From NCBI GenBank assembly GCA_963677975.1, contig OY782677.1:1409821-1473820 (forward strand): 64,000 nt of DNA. The letters run 5' to 3'. The position numbers and the translations under genes are program-made. The notes under the pieces are model-generated. The model made no database searches. It saw only the letters and a program-made list of their open reading frames with translations, and was not told the origin of the DNA. The first letter of the stretch is position 1; every line of letters begins with the position of its first letter. Below, one piece after another: positions 18,014 through 27,130 of this stretch. Source of the DNA: Bacteroidales bacterium. Its GTDB lineage: Bacteria > Bacteroidota > Bacteroidia > Bacteroidales > UBA4417.

Positions 18014-18802
18014 ATGAAAAAACTTTTACTTCTTACTATTACCCTTTTATTTGTTACCATTGTTTCAGCACGTCCTGTTAACCTGAATATGGTGTTGTCA
18101 GGTACGGTTTATACCAGCGGAACCGATACACTTGAACTTTACGATACCCTTGGGAATAAAATAAATAACGGGAAAATCACAATTACATCAACAAATCCCA
18201 CAATTGATCCTCTTCCGGGTTATATCTGGATTAAAAATACGACTACCACTACGATGAACAATGCCTATGTCCGGAGGATCATTAATTCCGAAGTACCCGG
18301 AACAATGAACTCTTTTTGCTTCGGCATCATGTGCTACGGGGTTTCAACAAGTGTTTCATCCATCCCGACAACTCTTGCGGCAGGAGTTCTTGACAAATCA
18401 TTCTATGGTGATTACTATCCTGATGGTCATACAGGAGTTACTTCAATTACCTATGAGTTTTTCGATAATACTTCCTTCAGTGCGCCTGTAAAAGCAAGGG
18501 CAACTATCGATTACCGCATTAGTTTAGTAGGTATGCCTACTGATAAACTGGTTTTCAAAGGCCCTTTCCCAAACCCTTCATCACAAACGGCTAATTTCGA
18601 ATATAACCTGCCGGCAGGTTATGATAATGCACAAATTATTATCCGCAATACCCTGGGTGTTGAAACCGATAATTACACACTCGAAAGCCGTACAGGTAAA
18701 AAATCGGTTGATGTAAGTAAATATGCTTCCGGAATATACTTCTGCTCATTCGTGGTTGATGGGAAAATAGTTCAATCGAAAAAGATGATCATCAAGCATT
18801 AA
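18014..18802 (+). CDS. T9SS C-terminal sorting domain protein, unknown N-terminal domain (paralog A)
   Basis: The ORF track gives 17981-18802. The ATG at 18014 gives a signal peptide. The C-terminal T9SS tail is FPNPSSQTANFEY...GIYFCSFVVDGKIVQSKKMIIKH. The N-terminal domain is shared with the next gene. Confidence 0.65.
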   Translation: MKKLLLLTITLLFVTIVSARPVNLNMVLSGTVYTSGTDTLELYDTLGNKINNGKITITSTNPTIDPLPGYIWIKNTTTTTMNNAYVRRIINSEVPGTMNSFCFGIMCYGVSTSVSSIPTTLAAGVLDKSFYGDYYPDGHTGVTSITYEFFDNTSFSAPVKARATIDYRISLVGMPTDKLVFKGPFPNPSSQTANFEYNLPAGYDNAQIIIRNTLGVETDNYTLESRTGKKSVDVSKYASGIYFCSFVVDGKIVQSKKMIIKH

Positions 18803-19141
18803 TTGATAGATTGGGAATCAGGGGATTAAACTATTTCAAGGCCATCCAAAATTTCCATAAAACATAGAAATGCAGGAAGTTATACTTTCTGCTTTTTTTC
18901 TGCCCTGATGATGCCGGTCAGGCATAGAACACCGATCAGGTGAAAACATTCCTGTTGGTAAATGTGTTGGATTGGACTGACAGGTCAATGGAAACCATTT
19001 TTACAGGTTCCTGATTTCTGAGGATAAATTCAAAAAAATATATACGTTCTTTGTAATAACAGATAATAGTTTAAGTATTTTTGTACCTGATACAGTTTCC
19101 AGTTATCAGGGATAACGTCAAAGGTGCTTTTCACCATCACA

Positions 19142-19948
19142 ATGAAACATCATTATATGCTGCCAATATCTGGTATATATATAGTTAGAGATATAAGGAG
19201 TCATTTTCTGGCAGTCTTTTTGGTGCTCTGTGCTGCAGGACTGCAGGCGCAACAGCTTATAATTAAGGACAGCGACAACAATAACCAGGTTGTGAATGGG
19301 ACAACTGTTGTTAAATATACAAGCGACCCGGCTACTATAGTAATTACTGCAAACTTCGTAATGAAAAACAATACGGACAAACCTCTCATTGTATTTCTGA
19401 AGAAGAAGATTAACCATATGGCCGACAGCACCACCGATTTTTTCTGTTTTTCGATTAAGTGCTGGGCCAATTGTGATTCGACTGATCTGGCTGATACCAT
19501 TCAACCCGGCGATGAGCATATGGCTTTTATGCCACACGCATGTCATATAAACAGGGATTTATCGCCACCGATGGCTCCGGGATATACATCCATAACCTAT
19601 ACGCTTTACGATAACAATACCTTTCCAACGCCTGTTGAAGCAAAAGTTACCGTTGATTATCACCTGGGAGCATTGGGAATCGAAAGCCAACATTATCAGC
19701 AGCTGGGGGTATATCCGAACCCTGCATCTTCATCGTTTGCCATAGATATGGGGGATGAATTTATGCCCGGTGATTGCATGGTTACAGTATTTAACTGCCA
19801 GGGGAAACAAGTTTTTTCAACGCTGCGGCCCATCGAAAACCAACGTGTAACCGTTCCTGTGAGCAGCTTTCCAAATGGTATATATTTCGGAACACTCGCG
19901 AGGGAATCAGGTTTGACGAAACAATTCAAATTTATAGTACAGCGGTAA
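19142..19948 (+). CDS. T9SS C-terminal sorting domain protein, unknown N-terminal domain (paralog B)
   Basis: The ORF track gives 19124-19948 and the start is uncertain (19142 or 19157). The T9SS tail is YPNPASSSFAID...GIYFGTLARESGLTKQFKFIVQR. It shares FCFxIxC and SITYxxxDN..F..PV.A..T.DY motifs with paralog A. Confidence 0.6.
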   Translation: MKHHYMLPISGIYIVRDIRSHFLAVFLVLCAAGLQAQQLIIKDSDNNNQVVNGTTVVKYTSDPATIVITANFVMKNNTDKPLIVFLKKKINHMADSTTDFFCFSIKCWANCDSTDLADTIQPGDEHMAFMPHACHINRDLSPPMAPGYTSITYTLYDNNTFPTPVEAKVTVDYHLGALGIESQHYQQLGVYPNPASSSFAIDMGDEFMPGDCMVTVFNCQGKQVFSTLRPIENQRVTVPVSSFPNGIYFGTLARESGLTKQFKFIVQR

Positions 19949-19954
19949 TAAAAA

Positions 19955-19976
19955 AAGCAGACTTTGCAGCCTGCTT
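19955..19976. terminator. Weak hairpin terminator between convergent genes
   Basis: 6-bp stem AAGCAG / CTGCTT with a 10-nt loop, an A-run upstream and T-rich sequence downstream. The stem is marginal. Confidence 0.4.
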
Positions 19977-20002
19977 TCTGATTATTTCGGAACCGGAATA
20001 AT

Positions 20003-21340
20003 CTACATCCCGAATTCTTTCCTGATTTTTTCCACGCTGTCGATTTTTTCCCAGCCAAAGAATTCAACTTCTTTAAAGTATTTGTCTTTTCCGTCGATTT
20101 TCTCGGTACGCGTGCTTCCGTTACTGTAATATACTTCAACATCGGCCTTGTAATAATCACGGCCAAAATGACCGTACGAAGCTGTGCGTTCGAAAATCGG
20201 ATTTTTCAAGCCGAACCTCTGAACAATTGCGTACGGACGCAAATCAAAAATCTTGCTTACCTTTTCGGCAATCTGTCCGTCGGTTAGTTTCCTGCCTTCA
20301 GCATCTTTCACCTTCGCTGTTTTATAAGTGTTTACATAAACGCCTACCGGCTGTGCAATTCCGATTGCATAGGCTACCTGCACAAGTATTTCGTCGGCAA
20401 CGCCTGCAGCAACAAGGTTTTTAGCTATATGTCGTGCTGCATAGGCAGCTGAGCGGTCAACCTTCGAGGAGTCTTTTCCTGAGAAAGCTCCGCCGCCATG
20501 AGCACCTTTGCCACCGTATGTATCAACAATTATTTTGCGGCCTGTAAGCCCTGTGTCGCCGTGAGGTCCGCCAATTACAAACTTGCCTGTCGGGTTAACA
20601 AAATATTTCACATCGTCGCCAAAGAGTTTGCGTACGCGTGCGGGTAAAGTCCTTTTAACGCGGGGCAGCAGTATGTTTTTTACATCATCCGCAATCTGGT
20701 CCTGCATGGCTTTTTCGGCATCTTTGTGCGCTTTTGGTGATGAATCAGCAGGAAGTACAAACTCGTCATGCTGGGTTGAAACAACAATAGTATCAATACG
20801 AACCGGCCTGTTACGTTCGTCGTACTCAACTGTAACCTGCGATTTGCTGTCGGGACGCAGGTATTTCATCTTCTTGCCTTCGCGACGGATGGCTGCCATT
20901 TCCTGTAGAAGGATATGCGACAATTCGATAGGCATAGGCATAAGGTTATCCATTTCGTTATTTGCATAACCAAACATCATTCCCTGGTCGCCAGCACCCT
21001 GATCCTCAGGTTTTGCATGATCGACACCCATGTAAATATCGTCCGATTGCTCGTGGATTGTCGAAATAACGCCACAGGAATTATTGTCAAAACGGTATTC
21101 GGCTTTTGTATACCCTATGCGTTCGATGGCACCGCGAACTATTTTCTGAATATCGACATAGCCTGATGTGCGGACTTCGCCGCTGCAGACTGCAAGTCCT
21201 GTAGTTACAAGTGTTTCACAGGCTACTTTGCTGTCGGGGTCGAAACGCAGAAACTCGTCGAGTAATGCATCTGAAATCTGGTCTGCTACTTTGTCGGGAT
21301 GCCCTTCCGACACACTTTCTGATGTGAATAAATATCCCAT
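20003..21340 (-). CDS. metK: S-adenosylmethionine synthetase
   Basis: 445 aa with N-terminal [21 protein letters not shown] and GGGAFSGKD motifs. The match to MetK runs along the whole length, with an extended C-terminus. Confidence 0.95.
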   Translation of the reverse strand: MGYLFTSESVSEGHPDKVADQISDALLDEFLRFDPDSKVACETLVTTGLAVCSGEVRTSGYVDIQKIVRGAIERIGYTKAEYRFDNNSCGVISTIHEQSDDIYMGVDHAKPEDQGAGDQGMMFGYANNEMDNLMPMPIELSHILLQEMAAIRREGKKMKYLRPDSKSQVTVEYDERNRPVRIDTIVVSTQHDEFVLPADSSPKAHKDAEKAMQDQIADDVKNILLPRVKRTLPARVRKLFGDDVKYFVNPTGKFVIGGPHGDTGLTGRKIIVDTYGGKGAHGGGAFSGKDSSKVDRSAAYAARHIAKNLVAAGVADEILVQVAYAIGIAQPVGVYVNTYKTAKVKDAEGRKLTDGQIAEKVSKIFDLRPYAIVQRFGLKNPIFERTASYGHFGRDYYKADVEVYYSNGSTRTEKIDGKDKYFKEVEFFGWEKIDSVEKIRKEFGM

Positions 21341-21389
21341 CTCTATATGATTAAGAGGTTAAAGTTATAAAATGGCGGAAGGATTTAAG

Positions 21390-21455
21390 TGCTGCTTGCG
21401 TGGATTTTTTTAGCATTTTTTTCCGTGGTTGCAAGCAATCAAATTTTTCCACTCA
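21390..21455 (-). ncRNA. Candidate cis-regulatory leader RNA of metK, a hairpin or H-type pseudoknot (possibly SAM-II-like)
   Basis: The minus-strand leader reads GUGG-AAAAAUUUGAU-UGCUUGC-AA-CCAC-(25 nt, A-rich)-GCAAGCA. UUGCUUGC pairs with GCAAGCAG over 8 bp. GUGG/CCAC crosses that helix, giving an S1-L1-S2-S1'-L3-S2' topology. The element lies between a -7 box and the metK ATG. Confidence 0.3.
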
Positions 21456-21464
21456 ATAAGGCTG

Positions 21465-21472
21465 CAAAGGTA
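21465..21472 (-). promoter_or_regulatory. Candidate -7 promoter box (TACCTTTG on the minus strand) for metK
   Basis: Matches TAnnTTTG. The extended TACCTTTGCAGCC is identical to the korA promoter 13-mer. It implies a leader of about 115 nt. Confidence 0.45.
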
Positions 21473-21679
21473 TAAATTTTTGTAATTGCTCGGTGGAAAA
21501 TGACAGATTTCGCATAAAAAAACAGGTTTATCCTTGTTAATGTTTATTAAAACAACAATTCTTAAAGCTACGTGTTTCACGGAAATATAATTTGCCTGAA
21601 CAAAACAACAAATACAATGTTTTTTATTGTTGAAAAATCCTGAAATGAAAGATTTATTTCAAACAATTAATTTCTTTTT

Positions 21680-22384
21680 ATGTATAAAAAAATTTCCACT
21701 TTCTTCACTGGCTTGTTCCTCTTAGTAACTGGTGTATTTGCACAAAACTCGTTCTTAGGGATTGGTGCGATATATAGTAACCATTCCCGAAAAGGACTCG
21801 ATAATTATATGAATTATGCAATGAAAGAACTGGATTTGCCTCAAAGCAGTTTTCCTGATACTTATGGGATTTCTGTCGGATATTCAGTCAAAAACAACAG
21901 CTCGGAATTTATTTTTGGCGGCTCGTACAGTGTTGGGAAAAATGTAGTCGAAAGTTCGGATAAATCAAGAATAGTAAGTTTCAAACAAAATGTTTTTAAT
22001 TTAAACCTGGGTGTCGATAAATACCTGGTGCCCTGGTATTTTATAGGTGGCCAGTTTTTAGTTTCTTCTTTTACCGGAACATTTAAATATGATAACAGCG
22101 GAACGCCGCTTCCGGCTGACAGTTATATTGATTTTACTGAAGACTCTTTTAATTTCCTTAAAGGATATTCGGTTGGGCTGAGGGGAGAAACCGGTTTTTT
22201 TGTGCCTGTTGGTGACAATGGTAGCGGATTAAGGCTTTCAGGGTATTACGACCTTGGGCTTTCAAAATACAATTATTACGAATCGTTCGATAAAGTACTG
22301 ACTACATACACCGGCGATAAGAAGACTAAAGAAAACACCTGGGGAATAGCGCTACTGTATCAGTTTGGATTAGGCAGTAACTGA
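21680..22384 (+). CDS. Hypothetical outer-membrane beta-barrel protein
   Basis: 234 aa with a signal peptide ending VFAQ. It has an alternating beta-strand pattern rich in Gly/Tyr/Ser and ends with an aromatic strand. Confidence 0.55.
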   Translation: MYKKISTFFTGLFLLVTGVFAQNSFLGIGAIYSNHSRKGLDNYMNYAMKELDLPQSSFPDTYGISVGYSVKNNSSEFIFGGSYSVGKNVVESSDKSRIVSFKQNVFNLNLGVDKYLVPWYFIGGQFLVSSFTGTFKYDNSGTPLPADSYIDFTEDSFNFLKGYSVGLRGETGFFVPVGDNGSGLRLSGYYDLGLSKYNYYESFDKVLTTYTGDKKTKENTWGIALLYQFGLGSN

Positions 22385-22536
22385 TCTGCCTTGCAAGCCA
22401 GATGAATATATTTCACCAGGCTCAATGAATCCTTGCATTTTTGTTTAATTTAATATCGAAGGGGAAATATTGCGTTTGCAATTTTTTATAGCAGGCTAAT
22501 CTGATGGCCTCATTTGCTATCTTCGCAGCCTGATAA

Positions 22537-24825
22537 ATGACTGCTATGCGAAAATATTTCCTGTTGTTCATTCTAATCCTTGCTGTTCAGGGAACCAAAG
22601 CCCAGGCCCCCGCCACCTTTGTGAATCCGTTTATCGGCACCAACGAAATGGGGCACACCTACCCAGGTGCAAGCGTGCCTTTCGGGATGGTGCAACTTAG
22701 TCCTGAAACCGATACAATCCAATATTCGATTGGTAAAGGGTATGTAAAGGATGTGTACCGCTATTGTGCCGGATACCAGTACTCGGATAAAACCATTGTC
22801 GGGTTCAGCCATACTCATTTTTCGGGAACCGGTCACAGCGACCTGGGCGATTTCCTGGTTATGCCGACAACCGGACCGGTTCAGCTAAATTCCGGTACAG
22901 CCGGTAATCCTGAATCCGGATATCGAAGCAGGTTCTCGCACGAAACCGAAAGCGCCAAAGCAGGGTATTATTCGGTTTTGCTTTCGGATTACAATATTAA
23001 GGCCGAATTAACGGCAACCACCCGGGTCGGGTTTCACCGATACACATTTCCACAAAGTGCTGAAGCTAATATAATACTTGACCTGGTTTCGGGGATATAC
23101 AATTACGATGGAAAGGTAGTATGGAGTTCCATCAGGGTTGAAAACGATACCCTTGTAACCGGTTACCGGCAAACCCAGGGCTGGGCGCGCGAACGGATCA
23201 TTTATTTTGCCATGGTTTTTTCGAAGCCTATCCGGAATTATGGCTGCCGTGACGATGGCAAGGTCGTATACAACGACTTTTATCGTAAATTCAATACAAC
23301 AAAAGATTTCCCCGAGATGTCGGGGCGTAAGCTAAAGACCTACTTTAGTTTCGACACCAAAGCAGGTGAACAGGTACTTATAAAGTTCGCACTTTCACCA
23401 GTAAGTGCCAAAGGGGCAATACAGAACCTTGAAACTGAAATTCCGGGCTGGGATTTTAACCAGGTCAGGGGACAGGCCGAAGATGCATGGAATAAAGAAC
23501 TTAGCCGGATTGTTATTGATGCGTCCGACGAAAAAAAGATCATTTTTTACACCGCACTCTACCATGCCTTCCTTTCGCCAACTGTATTTATGGATACCGA
23601 TGGCAATTACCGCGGGATCGATCATGCCGATCATCATGCTGATAGCTTTACAAATTATACAACCTTCTCGTTGTGGGATACGTACCGCGCTCTTCATCCC
23701 TTGTTTACATTGGTACAGCAAAAACGAACAGCCGATATGGTTAACACTATGCTTACTCACCAACAGCAGAGTGTTCATCACATTCTTCCTGTGTGGAGCC
23801 ATTATGCTAACGAAAACTGGTGTATGATCGGTTACCATGCAGTTCCTGTAATTGTGGATGCGTATATGAAGGGAATTCCTGGTTTTGATGCGGCTGCAGC
23901 ACTTGATGCCTGTATTGCCAGCTCAACTTATGCGCCTTATGACGGAATTGGTGATTATATGAAATACGGGTATGTTCCGGCTGATAAGTCGTCGAATTCG
24001 GCTTCCAAGACTTTGGAATATGCATATGACGATTACTGTATCAGCCGTATGGCTCAAAAAATGGGGAAAACGGGAATTGCTGCCGCTTACGCAAAAAGAG
24101 CCGAGGCGTACAATTATGTTTTTGATGCGACTACCGGTTTTATGCGTGCCAAAAGCAGTAGCGGAGCTTTCCAATCGCCTTTCGACCCGCTGAGAACCGA
24201 GAAACAAGGCTTTATCGAAGGGAATTCGTGGAATTACTCTTTTTATATTCCTCAAAACCCTATGAAGCTAATTACACTGAATGGCGGGAATTCGAAATTT
24301 ATTTCGCACCTCGATTCGCTTTTTGATATAAAACTCGACGAAAAGCACTTTGCCGAATCAGAAGATATTACTACTGCCGGACTAATCGGTAATTATGTGC
24401 ACGGAAACGAACCCAGCCACCACGTTCCGTATTTATATGTGTTTGCAGGGGCTCCATGGAAAACCCAGGAACGTATTCACCAGATTATAAGCACCATGTA
24501 CCGTAACGAAACCGATGGGCTCTGTGGTAACGACGATTGCGGGCAGATGTCAGCCTGGTATGTTTTCAGTTCACTTGGATTTTACCCGGTATGCCCCGGA
24601 AGCAATGAATATGTGATTGGTGCACCATCGGTGGATATGGCCACAATCAATCTCGAAAACGGGAAGCAATTCACCATAACTGCACAAAACCTGAGCGATA
24701 AAAATATTTATATACGGCAAATGAAATTAAACGGCCAGCCACTTAACGGGTTCATTCTTAGTAATGAGGATATAGTTAATGGCGGAACACTCGAATTTGT
24801 AATGGGGGATAAGCCGAAGAAGTAA
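22537..24825 (+). CDS. GH92 family alpha-mannosidase
   Basis: 762 aa with a signal peptide. The family hallmarks are FVNPFIGT...GHTYPGA..PFGMVQLSP near the N-terminus and GNEPS.H.PY.Y and CGNDDCGQMSAWY near the C-terminus. Confidence 0.9.
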   Translation: MTAMRKYFLLFILILAVQGTKAQAPATFVNPFIGTNEMGHTYPGASVPFGMVQLSPETDTIQYSIGKGYVKDVYRYCAGYQYSDKTIVGFSHTHFSGTGHSDLGDFLVMPTTGPVQLNSGTAGNPESGYRSRFSHETESAKAGYYSVLLSDYNIKAELTATTRVGFHRYTFPQSAEANIILDLVSGIYNYDGKVVWSSIRVENDTLVTGYRQTQGWARERIIYFAMVFSKPIRNYGCRDDGKVVYNDFYRKFNTTKDFPEMSGRKLKTYFSFDTKAGEQVLIKFALSPVSAKGAIQNLETEIPGWDFNQVRGQAEDAWNKELSRIVIDASDEKKIIFYTALYHAFLSPTVFMDTDGNYRGIDHADHHADSFTNYTTFSLWDTYRALHPLFTLVQQKRTADMVNTMLTHQQQSVHHILPVWSHYANENWCMIGYHAVPVIVDAYMKGIPGFDAAAALDACIASSTYAPYDGIGDYMKYGYVPADKSSNSASKTLEYAYDDYCISRMAQKMGKTGIAAAYAKRAEAYNYVFDATTGFMRAKSSSGAFQSPFDPLRTEKQGFIEGNSWNYSFYIPQNPMKLITLNGGNSKFISHLDSLFDIKLDEKHFAESEDITTAGLIGNYVHGNEPSHHVPYLYVFAGAPWKTQERIHQIISTMYRNETDGLCGNDDCGQMSAWYVFSSLGFYPVCPGSNEYVIGAPSVDMATINLENGKQFTITAQNLSDKNIYIRQMKLNGQPLNGFILSNEDIVNGGTLEFVMGDKPKK

Positions 24826-24876
24826 GAGGCGAATCTTTGAATAGGAAGGCAGGAAGACTGAAGTCGGAAGAGGTGC
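24826..24876. repeat. Purine-rich tract of roughly 7-bp period directly after the GH92 stop, an inverted partner of the array at 24924-25014
   Basis: GAGGCG...GGAAGGC AGGAAGA CTGAAGT CGGAAGA GG. GGAAG or TGAAG recurs at spacings of 8, 7 and 7 nt. The reverse complement aligns with 24961-25005. Confidence 0.7.
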
Positions 24877-24923
24877 TATTAATTTTATTCACTTAAATTT
24901 TTGGACCCATTTTCTGATTTATT

Positions 24924-25014
24924 GGTTTCTGGTTTCTGGTTCCGGGTTCCTGGTTTCTGGCTGCTGACTTCGGGCTTCCACCTTCTGAATTTCGTCTCCC
25001 GCCTCTCGTCCCCC
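24924..25014. repeat. 13-unit degenerate heptamer array (GGYTTCY)
   Basis: GGTTTCT GGTTTCT GGTTCCG GGTTCCT GGTTTCT GGCTGCT GACTTCG GGCTTCC ACCTTCT GAATTTC GTCTCCC GCCTCTC GTCCCCC, read directly in steps of 7. Confidence 0.85.
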
Positions 25015-25059
25015 AAAAAATATCTTGCAACCCCGATCGCACCCAAATTGAAAAAATCG

Positions 25060-25067
25060 TATTTTTG
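25060..25067 (+). promoter_or_regulatory. Candidate -7 promoter box (TATTTTTG) for the nitroreductase gene
   Basis: Matches TAnnTTTG, 17 nt upstream of the ATG at 25084. Confidence 0.4.
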
Positions 25068-25083
25068 AAAAAAACATAAGACA

Positions 25084-25599
25084 ATGGATTTTAGCGAAGT
25101 TATACTGAAACGCGAAAGCATACGCAATTACGATCCCGCGAAACCGGTTGATATTGACACCCTGAAACGAATTCTCGAAGCAGGAAGGATTGCACCTTCG
25201 GCATCGAATTACCAGCCCTGGGAATTCTGGTTAATTTCATCACCCGAGTTGCTCGAAAAAGTTAAACCCTGTTATTCGAGGCAATGGATTGCTGATGCAC
25301 CTCATATACTGGTAGTTACTGGCGATCAGGATCATGCGTGGGAACGTTCAGACGGCTATAACTCACTACAGACCGACCTTGCTATCTCCATGCACCAAAT
25401 GGTTCTTGCAGCAACAAATGAGGGCGTAGGTTCGTGCTGGGTTACCAATTTCAACCCGGCAATCCTTCGTGGTGCCCTTGGGCTTAAGGAATCAGTTAAA
25501 GTTTATGGTATCACCCCGCTGGGATATCCCCGCGCAACTTATACCAAACGTACTGTTATAATGCGCAAACCACTCGAGGACGTAGTGATTTATAAGTAA
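25084..25599 (+). CDS. Nitroreductase family protein
   Basis: 171 aa with the motifs ESIRNYD..KPV and RIAPSASNYQPWEF, and a C-terminal PLGYP, all typical of the FMN nitroreductase fold. Confidence 0.85.
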   Translation: MDFSEVILKRESIRNYDPAKPVDIDTLKRILEAGRIAPSASNYQPWEFWLISSPELLEKVKPCYSRQWIADAPHILVVTGDQDHAWERSDGYNSLQTDLAISMHQMVLAATNEGVGSCWVTNFNPAILRGALGLKESVKVYGITPLGYPRATYTKRTVIMRKPLEDVVIYK

Positions 25600-25701
25600 A
25601 TCATTATTTTGCTTCAGTTGTTTCATGTTCCTGGCAATTACATATCGTTCGGAATGCCCGATAGAAATTCTGCCCGATAAATTTCCTATAGCCTCCCACC
25701 G

Positions 25702-27096
25702 ATGAAATTATCTCAACGCCAATTCCTGTTAATCCTGTTCTCAGTAATTACTCTGGCGTTGATTTTAAACCTAGGGCAGGTTTATTCCTTCTGGAATATT
25801 ATTCCCGGTATTATGCTGGTAAGCCGCTGGATTACAATGGCGATGCTTGTGTGGTATGCTTTGCGGAAAAAGTCGCTTACCTCCTGGATCCTGATAAGTA
25901 TGCTTCTGGGAGCAGAATTTGGACATGATGTGCCTTCAGTGGCCATACATCTGAACCTGTTCAGCAAAATATTCCTGAACATGGTAAAAACCATTATCGC
26001 CCCTTTGCTCTTTGCTACTCTTGTGGTTGGAATTGCAGGGCATTCGAGCCTTCGGCAGGTAGGACGTATGGGTTGGAAATCAATAGTTTACTTTGAAATA
26101 GTTTCGACTATTGCATTGGTAATCGGCCTGCTTGCCATCAATATCAGCAAGGCAGGTGCCGGGGTTACAATTCCGCCCGAACTAAGCCAGACTGGGATTC
26201 CGGCAGTGAAAGCTCAGACCTGGGAAGAAATTATCCTTCATATATTTCCCGAAAATATAGCAAAATCAATCTACGAGGGGCAGGTATTGCAGATTGTAGT
26301 TTTCAGCATTGTTTTTGGTATAGCTGTGGCCATGCTCAAGGACCAGCACCGCAATCGCATGGTGCATTTTGCCGAGAGCCTTTCGGAAACCATGTTTAAA
26401 TTTACCAACCTGGTAATGTACCTGGCACCCGTAGCTGTTTTTGCTGCTATTGCCTATTCAGTCGGGCATATGGGGCTCAGCATACTGGGAAACCTGATTC
26501 AACTTCTTGCTACACTCTATATAGCATTAATCATTTTATTGCTAGTTGTCTTCCTGCCGGTTGCGTTGATAATGAAAATTCCTGTAAAGAATTTTATCCG
26601 TGCGGTTTCGGAGCCAGCTACCATTGCTTTTGCGACTACGAGTTCTGAATCGGCATTGCCGATTGCAATGGAAGTGATGGAAAAATTTGGAGTTCCGCGC
26701 AAAATTGTTGCTTTCGTTATGCCAACCGGCTACAGTTTCAATCTCGACGGAACCACCTTATACCTTTCGCTGGCAACCCTTTTCGTAGCGCAATGCGCCG
26801 GGATTGATCTGCCGCTTGAAAAACAATTGTTGATTGTATTCACTCTTATGCTTACCAGCAAGGGAGTTGCCGGGGTCCCGAGGGCTTCGCTTGTTATTCT
26901 GCTCGGCACAGCCGCCAGTTTCGGGCTTCCGACCTGGCCAATATTTATTATACTCGGCATTGATGAGTTAATGGATATGGCAAGAACTGCGGTGAATGTG
27001 GTTGGAAATTGCCTGGCTACAGCTGTTGTGGCCCGCTGGGAAGGTGAATTTGACGACGAGGCTGCAAGGAATTTCAATCCCAAAATAGTGGAATAG
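25702..27096 (+). CDS. Dicarboxylate/amino acid:cation symporter (DAACS, GltP/DctA-like)
   Basis: 464 aa and polytopic, with the conserved DAACS segments SSESALP, GYSFNLDGT and DMARTAVNVVGN. The first roughly 45 residues may be an over-extension, since internal Met codons occur at 25837 and 25843. Confidence 0.85.
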   Translation: MKLSQRQFLLILFSVITLALILNLGQVYSFWNIIPGIMLVSRWITMAMLVWYALRKKSLTSWILISMLLGAEFGHDVPSVAIHLNLFSKIFLNMVKTIIAPLLFATLVVGIAGHSSLRQVGRMGWKSIVYFEIVSTIALVIGLLAINISKAGAGVTIPPELSQTGIPAVKAQTWEEIILHIFPENIAKSIYEGQVLQIVVFSIVFGIAVAMLKDQHRNRMVHFAESLSETMFKFTNLVMYLAPVAVFAAIAYSVGHMGLSILGNLIQLLATLYIALIILLLVVFLPVALIMKIPVKNFIRAVSEPATIAFATTSSESALPIAMEVMEKFGVPRKIVAFVMPTGYSFNLDGTTLYLSLATLFVAQCAGIDLPLEKQLLIVFTLMLTSKGVAGVPRASLVILLGTAASFGLPTWPIFIILGIDELMDMARTAVNVVGNCLATAVVARWEGEFDDEAARNFNPKIVE

Positions 27097-27130
27097 TAAA
27101 CCGATTTGAAGAAAACAATTGTTTTGATAT

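Noticed and set aside
19118-20166. Minus-strand ORFs of 142 aa (19118-19546), 99 aa (19201-19500) and 156 aa (19696-20166) overlapping T9SS paralog B.
   Set aside because: The plus-strand gene has a signal peptide, a paralog next door and a T9SS C-terminal domain. The minus-strand ORFs have none of these, and one runs through a terminator hairpin into metK.
24924-25014. The heptamer arrays here and at 4027-4060 and 27994-28042, considered as CRISPR arrays.
   Set aside because: The units are 7 bp, contiguous and without spacers. No cas genes are present in the window. CRISPR repeats are 23-50 bp and separated by unique spacers.
25702-25836. The hydrophobic N-terminal extension of about 45 aa on the DAACS symporter, considered as a separate small membrane protein or leader peptide.
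   Set aside because: It is in frame and contiguous with the transporter, with no intervening stop. This is most likely just uncertainty about the start codon, with alternative Met codons at 25837 and 25843.
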